Below are positions 1 through 8,670 of a DNA stretch of 64,000 nt, piece after piece; positions within the stretch are counted from its first letter, which is position 1; each line of letters begins with the position of its first letter. Both the position numbers and the translations under genes were made by a program. Source of the DNA: Leptospiraceae bacterium. Its GTDB lineage: Bacteria; Spirochaetota; Leptospiria; Leptospirales; Leptonemataceae. The stretch is from positions 545,212 through 609,211 of the forward strand of contig JAVJNR010000002.1 in assembly GCA_040217195.1 (NCBI GenBank), in the 5' to 3' direction. The notes beneath the pieces are model-generated. The model was given only the letters and a program-made list of their open reading frames with translations. It had not been told where the DNA came from and made no database searches.

Positions 1-275
1 CCTCCGTCTCCTTGAGTCCAGCGAAAATGGATTCTGGCTCCATCAATAAAGGTGAAGTGACTGTTTGAATAAGGTCTTTGCTCCACCACTCGATCAGACT
101 GATGGCCATCGATTTGAGCGTTTTCAGGATCTGTATTTTCGGGCTCTTCGGGATCCAGCAATTTCACGCTGGAGACTCCATAGGGATTTCTGTATTCGAG
201 GCTGCTTTGACAGGAAATAGCCAGAAAGGAAGCCAGAATCAACGGAATCAGGGCTTTGCGAACAATCCTCACCAT
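1..275 (-). CDS. Lipoprotein, probable alpha/beta hydrolase (N-terminal part; runs off the window edge)
   Basis: Not in the ORF track. Manual translation from the ATG at 275 gives MVRIVRKALIPLILASFLAISC-QSSLEY...SHFTFIDGARIHFRWTQGDG, open to the edge. It has a lipobox-like LAISC, and the last segment resembles the first strands of alpha/beta hydrolases. Confidence 0.65.
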   Translation of the reverse strand, partial: MVRIVRKALIPLILASFLAISCQSSLEYRNPYGVSSVKLLDPEEPENTDPENAQIDGHQSDRVVEQRPYSNSHFTFIDGARIHFRWTQGDG

Positions 276-286
276 ACTGGATTGAC

Positions 287-315
287 TTGACTCGGCTTTA
301 AATCGTCAATATCTT
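287..315 (+). promoter_or_regulatory. Putative sigma70 promoter of the 322..666 ORF
   Basis: TTGACT (287-292), 17 nt spacer, TATCTT (310-315). Confidence 0.5.
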
Positions 316-321
316 AATGCT

Positions 322-666
322 ATGGCATACATGGCAGTGGGTTCCAGACAGATCTTATTTTCGGATAGTGCAGCACCGGCCATGTCGGGCCAGAGCCCCC
401 GGCAGGTGAGCAATCTGTCCGATAATCCCGATGTATCAGTGGGCGCCGTTTCCGCTCGAAATGAGCCCCAATCCAGCCCCACCACCGGTGTTTCAGCCCC
501 GGCCAGCGGCTCCAGCGCGCCACCTACCATCTCAAGTGAGCCCTCGGCACCTTCAGGTTCTGCATCTCAGGCCGCGCCTTCGGGCCCGGCTCCGGAATCC
601 GCAGCCGTTCAATCTGAGCAATCGGCCCAGGGCGGCGCCGGCGCCCGGGTGGATGTGTTCGCCTGA
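322..666 (+). CDS. Small Ser/Pro/Ala-rich disordered protein with C-terminal GARVDVFA motif
   Basis: 114-aa low-complexity ORF. The C-terminal G-x-x-V-D-V-x-A resembles the ends of YjfB-like small proteins. A promoter lies directly upstream. Confidence 0.55.
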   Translation: MAYMAVGSRQILFSDSAAPAMSGQSPRQVSNLSDNPDVSVGAVSARNEPQSSPTTGVSAPASGSSAPPTISSEPSAPSGSASQAAPSGPAPESAAVQSEQSAQGGAGARVDVFA

Positions 667-788
667 CCGAGTATTACGTTATCGACTGACCAGATACAGG
701 CGTTCGATTTAGAATCCGCCTAATTGGATTCGTTGCTTTGTATCCACCATGGAAGCTGGATTTCAGCAGATCAAAGAGCAAAGGAACC

Positions 789-1496
789 TCAAGGAGCGTT
801 TCGCAGGATAGACTGAGCTTTGTTCCTGGCAACGTCTGTGTACCGCGAAGCAATAATATCCGCTACGAGACTGCCCTTGCGAAGGTACAGAAACCGACTG
901 GCCACGGGAAGGAAAGGCTCATCTGCATGAGTGATTACGATGGACAGTTTCCCATTTGAATTCCTTTCGCGCAGAAGTTCAATCAGTAGGTCCTGGCCGG
1001 CCAGGTCCAGACCAGTAATCGGCTCATCCAGGAGCCAAACATCTGGATCATGGAGAAGGCTTCGCATGAGTCCCAGTCGCTGTTTCATGCCCCTGGACAA
1101 CGAACGGGCCGGATCATCCTTTCTGGATAACAGACCGGCTCTGTCCAGGCTTGTATCGATGACACTTTCTGGCAATGTCTGAATAGAAAAGTGACTGTAG
1201 AAGCATTTCAGATTTTCAGCGCAGGTCAGATCTAGATACAATCCGGGATCATGGCCAATGAATCCACAGTTGGCATAAAACTGTCTTTGCTTTTCATCTG
1301 AATCAATGGGCGAATCCAGGTACAGTATCTTCGCTCCGGCCGGAGGGGGGGACAGCAGGGCATCCAGAAGGGAAGACTTGCCAGCACCGTTGGGCCCCAG
1401 AATGCATATGGTCTGGCCGGAATCGAACTCCAGGTTTTGCGGCTGCAAAGCCTGACGAAAGCCATAGTTCTTGTATAGGCCTTCAAGTTTCAGCAT
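789..1496 (-). CDS. ccmA: Heme exporter ABC ATP-binding protein
   Basis: Walker A GPNGAGKS, signature LSRGMKQR, Walker B LLDEP; last gene of the ccm operon. Confidence 0.85.
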   Translation of the reverse strand: MLKLEGLYKNYGFRQALQPQNLEFDSGQTICILGPNGAGKSSLLDALLSPPPAGAKILYLDSPIDSDEKQRQFYANCGFIGHDPGLYLDLTCAENLKCFYSHFSIQTLPESVIDTSLDRAGLLSRKDDPARSLSRGMKQRLGLMRSLLHDPDVWLLDEPITGLDLAGQDLLIELLRERNSNGKLSIVITHADEPFLPVASRFLYLRKGSLVADIIASRYTDVARNKAQSILRNAP

Positions 1497-1499
1497 GCT

Positions 1500-2507
1500 T
1501 TACCTGTTTCGCCTGATTTGAATCCTGAACGAAGAAAGAACACTTATGGAAAGCAAGATTATGGCTACTATTGCCAGAACAGCAAGGGTTGTATGGAAAG
1601 AGCTTTCAAATACCGGGTTGTAATCCGACTGTAGAGGATTGGCATAATGAAAGCTATCATCGGGCATTTCATATTCTACTGCTGAAGACGCATAATCCAC
1701 TTTTAGAGCTGGTCCAAGTCCGCGAATGTTCAGTTCTTCAACAGACTTTTCGTTTTGAATATCTGGTTTTGCTTTTTCTGGCTTCCAAACAACGACCTTA
1801 AATGGGTAGGCAGTTTCCGGATCCGTATACCTTCGACCATCCTGTTCCAGCTGAATGGTTAGCTGGGAGCTACCCGGACGAAACCCTTTAGGAACCAGGA
1901 TAGCGCCGTTCTCTGTGCCGCAGGAAAAAGGAGCCGGCATTCGGGAACTTTGATGGGCCAGCTGACAACCGGTTATTTTAACTGAATTCGGTATGCGAAT
2001 CTGAAACTGATCCCCGGCGTATGTCCTGGGAGGTGTTGATGCATTTTCGATTGAGTATACCAGGTTTATTCTTAGACCATCCACTTCATTGAGTAATTCT
2101 ACTCCTGGCATAATGTTCAGATCCTTTTCTGTGGCCCCTGCATCAAAGACCTGCACTGTCTGGGATGCATTCTGGCGCTCCGGCACGGGAGGAACCACGG
2201 CGACATAGGTTTCTCCCTGGTAGGTTGCACGAATCAGAAAAGGAACTGAAACTCTTTCAACAGGTGGAAAACGAAATGCAGGACTCGGGGAATCCATGGT
2301 ATGCAGTACAGTCATTTGCTCACCCGGCCGGATAAGCTCCAGTTTTTCCGGACTTACTGGGTTACCTCTAGTTCCGTTAACCACATTCCCATGGATTTCA
2401 ACAGATTGAGAGCTCTGAGCCGGTTGGCTCAAGGCGCTGGTTAATGAAATCAGGAACAGCCCGGAAAACAATATAAGTGAAAAAGCAGAGTATAGCGTCT
2501 TTCGCAT
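1500..2507 (-). CDS. Exported, C-terminally anchored accessory protein of the ccm operon
   Basis: Likely start MRKTLYS (ATG 2507). Signal peptide, beta-rich region beginning VEIHGNVVNGT, C-terminal TM helix followed by basic residues. Confidence 0.7.
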   Translation of the reverse strand: MRKTLYSAFSLILFSGLFLISLTSALSQPAQSSQSVEIHGNVVNGTRGNPVSPEKLELIRPGEQMTVLHTMDSPSPAFRFPPVERVSVPFLIRATYQGETYVAVVPPVPERQNASQTVQVFDAGATEKDLNIMPGVELLNEVDGLRINLVYSIENASTPPRTYAGDQFQIRIPNSVKITGCQLAHQSSRMPAPFSCGTENGAILVPKGFRPGSSQLTIQLEQDGRRYTDPETAYPFKVVVWKPEKAKPDIQNEKSVEELNIRGLGPALKVDYASSAVEYEMPDDSFHYANPLQSDYNPVFESSFHTTLAVLAIVAIILLSISVLSSFRIQIRRNR

Positions 2508-2508
2508 A

Positions 2509-2895
2509 TCAATTATCCTTAAGCGAAAGGCCACATTGAATACAATGGCTTTCATCCTTTCGGATATGACCGCAAGCGGAGCAGAAGCGATCACCCTTTC
2601 CTTGAATCTCAGATTCAGCGTAGTTGTTCAGCTGGTTTTCAATTCTATTTAATTTTCGCAATAAGGGTGCACTGAGTCTTTTCAGTTCATCCTCTGGCAT
2701 CTTGCCAGATTCTGCCTCAATACGAAGGTCCTGGAGGTTCGCCACAAGCACCATCTTTTCATCCAGAAGATCCTGTTTGCGCGTCTTTCCGGATACGAAG
2801 TAATGTGCACCGTCCTGTACTGGCTGCATAACAGGCCAGACAAAAAACATCATAATGCATAGAACTATAATAAGTGCCAGAATAGAAAGAATCAT
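2509..2895 (-). CDS. CcmI-like small membrane protein with C-terminal zinc-ribbon-like motif
   Basis: N-terminal TM, helical region (NLQDLRIEAESGKM), CSACG...CIQCG; inside the ccm operon. Confidence 0.65.
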   Translation of the reverse strand: MILSILALIIVLCIMMFFVWPVMQPVQDGAHYFVSGKTRKQDLLDEKMVLVANLQDLRIEAESGKMPEDELKRLSAPLLRKLNRIENQLNNYAESEIQGKGDRFCSACGHIRKDESHCIQCGLSLKDN

Positions 2896-3524
2896 CGGTC
2901 CAGGTCCTTGAATCGATCCAGGTCCACATCTTTATCATCTTCGCCTCCAGTCCCTGACTGCCCGCCATCGGCCTCAGGGTAGGACAGGTCCCCAAAGGGA
3001 TCTTTTCTGCGAAAATATCGTATAGCGATTAGAACGCCTGTAATAACAAATACCAGGATGAGCAGGATGGGAATCCAGTTTGCCGTAGTTCCTCGAATTC
3101 CAGATCCATGCCCTTCCACAATCTTCTTCACCAGGTCTGACCGTCCCTGATTCTGGAGCTCAACAAGCACTGGATCGTCCATATATTTTGTTCCGAACCC
3201 ATGCTCCAGATGATAGATGATCGTTTCTGCATCCATACCTTCGCGTATGCGATTCTCCATGAATCGTCGAACTGGAATACCCCAGGGGCACTCCACATGC
3301 GGACAACTGGACAGGATGAAGTGGCAACCGCACTGGCAGATCACAGAATCCGAAACTTCATTGAATACCTTTATCTGCTCTGGATCTTTTAGGTTCGTAT
3401 ACACTTCCTGGGCCAAAAGCGGTTGGCTCAGGAAGGACAGTGTTGCCAGAAGCAAGAAAACGGAATAAGCAGGTCGCCCTGGTCCGCGTAAGGGAGCAAC
3501 GGCGGGTTTCAAATCCTTATTCAT
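2892..3524 (-). CDS. ccmH: Cytochrome c biogenesis protein CcmH/CcmL-like
   Basis: Likely start MNKDLK overlapping the ccmF stop. Signal peptide, VICQCGC...SCPHVEC, IENRIREGMDAETII...FG, then a TM helix. Confidence 0.7.
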   Translation of the reverse strand: MNKDLKPAVAPLRGPGRPAYSVFLLLATLSFLSQPLLAQEVYTNLKDPEQIKVFNEVSDSVICQCGCHFILSSCPHVECPWGIPVRRFMENRIREGMDAETIIYHLEHGFGTKYMDDPVLVELQNQGRSDLVKKIVEGHGSGIRGTTANWIPILLILVFVITGVLIAIRYFRRKDPFGDLSYPEADGGQSGTGGEDDKDVDLDRFKDLDR

Positions 3525-6024
3525 TGGGACCATCCTTTCTCTTTTCTCCAAATGGTAACAGCAGGATGAGTCCGCTGAGAAAAAACAATACAGTTCCCAG
3601 CCAGATAAACTTGACCAGCGGATTGATCCAGATTTCCAGATTGGCCACAATTGTGCTCGGAAACAGTCTGCTATAGGCCTCCGGTGCTTTTCGCATATCG
3701 AAGAAGTACAACTCATACATTTGAGTCAGATCCGGGTTGCGACCTGTGGATGCATCGGATATGGCACCCAGCTGAATGTACAGATCTTCAGACCAGGTGG
3801 ATTTAATATCGGGTTCGCTTGTAGGAGTTCGCAATGAGAAGCCATCCTGGCTACGAGAGATCTCTCCTGTAGGAGGGTAGATCCTGGGATGGAAATGCCG
3901 TTCTGTAGTCATGCGTCCGTCAGGAATAAATCCGATTAAAAACTTTACGATTCTGTCTTGCGAAGAAGGTTTTCGATTCGCAGACTTGTAAGGATCCGTT
4001 CCATCCGCTGGTTTGGGCGGCTGGTAATTTGGCGGGTTGATCCTGTAGTGGGCTTCCTGGGAGATAGCCACATCCAGTGGATTGGTTCGATCCCCATGTG
4101 GTGCGATAACCGGTCGAATAAAAATATCCCGGGCTTCAATGGTGTAGTTCTCCAGATAGGCGCGGTCGCCGCTGTAATAATGAATATAATCCGAACCAGG
4201 CTCGGCCTGCATCTTATAGTAATGAAACTGAAATTTGTCGGTCTTTTTAAAGGATCCTCCAGCATAACCAATGAATAGAAAGACCACAGATATATGCACA
4301 AGGTAGCCAGCGTATCGACGTTTGTTTCGCATTACCAATCGTACCAGTGCAAGCAACGGATTCTCTTCGAACCGAACCATCCTGGATCTAACACCGCGAT
4401 AGTATTCCTGGAGAAGACCCACCGTTGTGAAGACTGCAATTCCGACGGTGAGTACTGTAAATAATTCGGCCACCCAGCCCGGACCCCAGGTGCTTCGATC
4501 CGCCCCTTCAGGACGAGTGAATAGCCAGCCATAGGAAAGTCCAAAGGCGATAGAGGAGAGGATACCCGCGATCAGAGGCACTCGAAGAGTTCTGGTGTAG
4601 ATTGCATCCGCGCTCTTTCTCCAGGCAAGTAGCGGACTGGCGCCCATTAAGAACAGAGTCAGAATTCCAACAGGAACCATGATTTTATTAAATGTGGATA
4701 GCTTCCATTCCACTTTGGCACAGCTCAGCCCGCCATCCCATCGACAATCCAGAGGCATCAGAGGAGAGAAAACACCGATTAGAATGATGAACACTGAAAA
4801 GGTCATCAGGAAGTTGTTTAGCAGCATACTTCCTTCTTTTGAGGTAACAGCCTCCAGACGATTCTCTGGTTTTAGCTTTCGATGCTGGAAGTAGAGAAAT
4901 CGAGTGAAGTAGAAAAAACTGATCGAAATAAATACGATCATGGGTGTGCCAATGGTGGACTCTGCAAATGTATGCGGCCCCTCCAGAACGCCACTTCTGG
5001 TAATCCATGTTCCCAGAAGACAAAAATGATAGGTGGTTATAATAAGAAATACATTCCAGAATCGCAGCATGCGCCGTCTTTCTTGAACGATCAATGAATG
5101 CAAAAAGGCCGTTGCAAACAGAAAGGGCATCAGACTGGAGTTTTCCACTGGATCCCAGGCCCAGTAACCTCCCCATCCAAGTTCTTCGTAGGCCCATTTA
5201 CTTCCGAGGAGAATTCCAAAACCCAGAAAAAACCAGCTAAAAAGGGCCCACCGTCTCAGTAGAGGTAGCCAGTCTTCACGCAGGTTTCCGCTCAATAGAG
5301 CAGCGCCGGTAATTGCGAACGGTATGGCAAAGGAAACATATCCAACATAAAGGATGGGCGGATGAATGATCATAGCCCAGTGCAGCAGCAGAGGGTTAAT
5401 CCCCTGTCCGGCAGCCATTTCTACTGCGAATGTGCGAAATGGCTGAGCGTCTCGAAAGAAAATAGCAAGTAAGATGAACAAAAGTTGAACAGAAGCCAGG
5501 ATCCAGTAAAGTGCAGGAAGCCTGTTGTACAGTCGACGTCGGGTTTTGTACACAGCAATGGCGCTGAATAAGCAAAGCAGAAAGTACCAGAATAGCAGGC
5601 TTCCGCTGGAGCCGGCCCAGACCCCGGTAATCCGATAAAAGACGCCCAGGCTAACCGATGAGTTATGCACTACGTACCGATTGGTCAGGTCACCTGTAAT
5701 AAGTAGAACGATTAGAATGAATAGTGCAAGACTGACCAGCGCCAGGTTGGCATAGATCCCTCTTGCAGCCAGGTTCAAAGCCATGGCCCGGCTACGAATT
5801 CCAGTATAGCGCAAGATGGCAGAAGAGATGCCTTCCCAGATGGAAAGTAGACTTCTGTAGAAATTGGAGTATACTTTGCGCGGAAACGTTAGTTCCAGCA
5901 CCATGGAGCGCACTGCATTTCTGCGACTTCTAAGGGGAAAACCAGCCAGAGATAGCAGGAATACCAGACCTACGGTGGCAGCAGAGAGGATTAGGATTAG
6001 GGATCCAATGTAATTTAAGTCCAC
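3517..6024 (-). CDS. ccmF: Cytochrome c heme lyase subunit CcmF
   Basis: WAGSSGSLLFW, IHPP, WAYEELGWGGYWAWDPVEN (WWD domain), LHS, PHTF, VHIS; C-terminal NPLVKFIWLG. Confidence 0.95.
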   Translation of the reverse strand: MDLNYIGSLILILSAATVGLVFLLSLAGFPLRSRRNAVRSMVLELTFPRKVYSNFYRSLLSIWEGISSAILRYTGIRSRAMALNLAARGIYANLALVSLALFILIVLLITGDLTNRYVVHNSSVSLGVFYRITGVWAGSSGSLLFWYFLLCLFSAIAVYKTRRRLYNRLPALYWILASVQLLFILLAIFFRDAQPFRTFAVEMAAGQGINPLLLHWAMIIHPPILYVGYVSFAIPFAITGAALLSGNLREDWLPLLRRWALFSWFFLGFGILLGSKWAYEELGWGGYWAWDPVENSSLMPFLFATAFLHSLIVQERRRMLRFWNVFLIITTYHFCLLGTWITRSGVLEGPHTFAESTIGTPMIVFISISFFYFTRFLYFQHRKLKPENRLEAVTSKEGSMLLNNFLMTFSVFIILIGVFSPLMPLDCRWDGGLSCAKVEWKLSTFNKIMVPVGILTLFLMGASPLLAWRKSADAIYTRTLRVPLIAGILSSIAFGLSYGWLFTRPEGADRSTWGPGWVAELFTVLTVGIAVFTTVGLLQEYYRGVRSRMVRFEENPLLALVRLVMRNKRRYAGYLVHISVVFLFIGYAGGSFKKTDKFQFHYYKMQAEPGSDYIHYYSGDRAYLENYTIEARDIFIRPVIAPHGDRTNPLDVAISQEAHYRINPPNYQPPKPADGTDPYKSANRKPSSQDRIVKFLIGFIPDGRMTTERHFHPRIYPPTGEISRSQDGFSLRTPTSEPDIKSTWSEDLYIQLGAISDASTGRNPDLTQMYELYFFDMRKAPEAYSRLFPSTIVANLEIWINPLVKFIWLGTVLFFLSGLILLLPFGEKRKDGPNE

Positions 6025-6026
6025 AG

Positions 6027-6476
6027 TTAACCGTCTTTTTCCGCTGCCTGCAGCGCATCCAGATGCTCCGATGTACCATAGCCGGGTTGTCCTGCATGGG
6101 GAGCATCGTACTTACTGGCACATTTGGCCTCAACCTTGTGCGCCATCAGTCTGCCATTCTCAAGATGACCATCTACGCGAACCGGGGCCGCATCTCCGAA
6201 AGTGTCTGGCAATTGGCTGGTTCCATCGTATACCACCGGCAGATCCTTGCCGTCCAGCTCCACCACAAACTCCGCCTGATCTCCCATTCGAAGTATGGTT
6301 CCTGGTTTCACGAAGCCCCGGACCCGCAATTCGCGATCAAAGAAGTCCTGAGGTCTTTCCACAACATCTGAAGCATTGGCCAGAAGAACGGAGGTTCCAC
6401 CGGTGCCCGACAGAAAATAAAGGCCCGTGAGGGCCGCCAGGATCAGAGCCATAATGGCCAATAATCGACGATTCAC
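6027..6476 (-). CDS. ccmE: Heme chaperone CcmE, CxxxY variant
   Basis: N-terminal TM, RVRGFVKPG, LPDTF, and AKCASKY at the heme-binding position. Confidence 0.9.
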   Translation of the reverse strand: MNRRLLAIMALILAALTGLYFLSGTGGTSVLLANASDVVERPQDFFDRELRVRGFVKPGTILRMGDQAEFVVELDGKDLPVVYDGTSQLPDTFGDAAPVRVDGHLENGRLMAHKVEAKCASKYDAPHAGQPGYGTSEHLDALQAAEKDG

Positions 6477-6720
6477 GCGTACAAGAAAATTGATCCGTGT
6501 CGGACTGGCAATCGGATTATGGCAAATGCTACTCAGGATGCCTGTTCCCTTTGCAGAATGCAGTCATCTTGATAGGTTTACTGGGATCATAGCGGGGCCC
6601 GGGCCAGCCTATGGATGACGATGCCCCGAAGTCGGGTTTTCTTCTGGATTTTCCCATCTTTTTCCTATGGTAGAAGAAATTCCTGATTGAATTACAGGAT
6701 TACCCCGTTAAAAGTGCCGC

Positions 6721-7449
6721 ATGGCCACCAAGAAAAGCAGCAAAAAAGCAGCCAAGAAGACTGCGAAGAAGTCCGCAAAGAAAGCGGCAAAAAAGACAGC
6801 TAAGAAAACAGCTAAGAAAACAGCTAAAAAGAGTGCGAAGAAGAGCTCGAAAAAACGAGCCAGCACAGCCCGTTCTAAAAGCACCGATACTCTGGCCGGC
6901 TCTGTATTCGAAGACCGATTTCCTGCTGAACCATTCGCTTCACAGGACACAGGTTCGGATGTATCCGCTTACGATTCCCCTTCACCTTTCTCAGTTGAAG
7001 AGAAAGAGTCCAGCTCCCGCACAGGACTGGGCATTGCTGCTGTGATTCTAATTCTGATCGTTGGTATATTCCTGTTCAAAGATAGTTTCTTTGGCGATGG
7101 GGAGAACACTGGTGCAGATCAGCGTCCATCTGAGATGGTTGCTGACGGGCAACAGCCCGGTGACCAGGCCCCTGCCGATGAGCCAGCTGATAACCAAGAG
7201 AATCAGGCTGACAATCAGCAAGCAGAGCAGCAAGGAACTGAAGAAAGTGCAAATCAGCAGGAACAACCTGCGGACAATCAGGCTTCAGAAACCAGAGAAT
7301 ATTCGATTAAGCCAGGGGATACCTACGGTAAAATCGCTGCAAAAGAACTGGGTGATCAAGCTCGCTGGAAAGAGATCAAGAAATTGAATCCAGATGTGAA
7401 TGCATCTGCTCTGAAAGTGGGTCAAAAGATCAAATTACCTGCGAAGTAA
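6721..7449 (+). CDS. Membrane protein: histone H1-like Lys/Ala repeat, single TM, Q/E-rich linker, LysM domain
   Basis: About 10 KK(A/T/S)(A/S) tetrapeptides at the N-terminus, TM GIAAVILILIVGIFLF, C-terminal LysM YSIKPGDTYGKIA...LNP...LKVGQKIKLP. Confidence 0.85.
   Translation: MATKKSSKKAAKKTAKKSAKKAAKKTAKKTAKKTAKKSAKKSSKKRASTARSKSTDTLAGSVFEDRFPAEPFASQDTGSDVSAYDSPSPFSVEEKESSSRTGLGIAAVILILIVGIFLFKDSFFGDGENTGADQRPSEMVADGQQPGDQAPADEPADNQENQADNQQAEQQGTEESANQQEQPADNQASETREYSIKPGDTYGKIAAKELGDQARWKEIKKLNPDVNASALKVGQKIKLPAK
6730..6858 (+). repeat. Degenerate 12-bp coding tandem repeat (KKxA units)
   Basis: e.g. ACAGCTAAGAAA ACAGCTAAGAAA ACAGCTAAAAAG at 6796-6831. Confidence 0.75.
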
Positions 7450-7482
7450 TCTGGCGTAATTCGCGAGCATTACTTATTCAGC

Positions 7483-7515
7483 GAAGGCCGGCAGCAATGT
7501 CGGCCTTTTCTTTTT
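7483..7515 (+). terminator. Rho-independent terminator
   Basis: GAAGGCCGGCA-GCAA-TGTCGGCCTTT followed by a T-rich tail, after the LysM gene. Confidence 0.8.
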
Positions 7516-7724
7516 GTCTCTCTCATAGGCCAGCCCTGAGCAATATTTCATATCTGCAATCCAGGGTAAGATGGGTGGCCTTCATGACTTTTGGACGGCT
7601 GGTAATCGTTCTGTCCTGTTTCCCCGGGAAAGTAGCTGGTTTAACGTTGGCTCGGATATGTCCCAATACCTCGAGGTTGCTTGAAAGGGGCCCGGGCTGC
7701 CCGGACCATCGATTCGGTAAAATT

Positions 7725-8567
7725 TTACACTCGGGCCCGGGCTCGATCTATATGCCTTTCCAGTTCATCAATTCCTTCCAGAAAAAGAGCCGGACCGGGC
7801 TGCAAAATAATGCTGGAGTCTATCTCGAATAACAGGTCTTTCTCTAACGCCACAGTTTCTTTCCAGCCGTCTTGATGACGAATCCAGTGAAAGTCCACGG
7901 GCTTACCACACCAGGAGCCAATGATGGTATCCGGTCGGCTTTCTGCCACTCTCTCCACACTGGTAATTCGCTGAGCTGCTTTATGGGAATCAGGATGCTG
8001 CATATCTTCGGCCAGGCAATTGAGACCACCGCAGATTTCCACAAGCTCAGACACCCATTGGATTCCATGAATAAGCGGATCATCCCATTCCTGAAAAAAA
8101 ACACGTACCTTTTGCTTTTCCTTATTCCTTTCGTATACAGCTTCCAGTTTATCCCTCCATTGCTGAAGGAAGGCTAACGTTTCATTGGTTCTACCAACCA
8201 GGGTTCCAATTTGAAGCATGGTTTCAAAAATATCTGCCAGGCTTCTTTGATTTGTTATCCAGACAGGAAGCCCTTCTTTGATGAGACCTGATGCCAAATC
8301 TGCCTGTATGTCTGAGAAGCCCAGGACCATGTCTGGTTTCAGATCCTTGATTTTCTTAACGTCTCCTTTTATGAAGCTGGTGACCATGGGCTTTTCTTTT
8401 CGAGCTCTTTCCGGTCGAACTACATAAACAGAAATACCGGAGATTCGGTGCTGCTCACCGAGCATATATAGAAGTTCCACGGACTCTTCAGTGAGGCATA
8501 CAATTCGATTCGGAAGCCCTGGTAGATCGGGGATGATGCCAGAACTGGCCTCGGTACTTTGTTGCAT
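7725..8567 (-). CDS. Cobalamin/Fe-siderophore-type (BtuF-like) substrate-binding fold protein
   Basis: RIVCLTEESVELLY, KPDMVLGFSDIQ, FFQEWDDP, SWCGK, ILQPGP; start uncertain (8567-8639). Confidence 0.8.
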   Translation of the reverse strand: MQQSTEASSGIIPDLPGLPNRIVCLTEESVELLYMLGEQHRISGISVYVVRPERARKEKPMVTSFIKGDVKKIKDLKPDMVLGFSDIQADLASGLIKEGLPVWITNQRSLADIFETMLQIGTLVGRTNETLAFLQQWRDKLEAVYERNKEKQKVRVFFQEWDDPLIHGIQWVSELVEICGGLNCLAEDMQHPDSHKAAQRITSVERVAESRPDTIIGSWCGKPVDFHWIRHQDGWKETVALEKDLLFEIDSSIILQPGPALFLEGIDELERHIDRARARV

Positions 8568-8670
8568 TTGATGTGGCTCCCCGAAGCTTTTTGCAGGGCT
8601 ACTACGGCCAGATATGAACGTAGGGCCCTGATAGTTCAAGCTTCCAAATTTCTTACTGGATCTCAGATTC

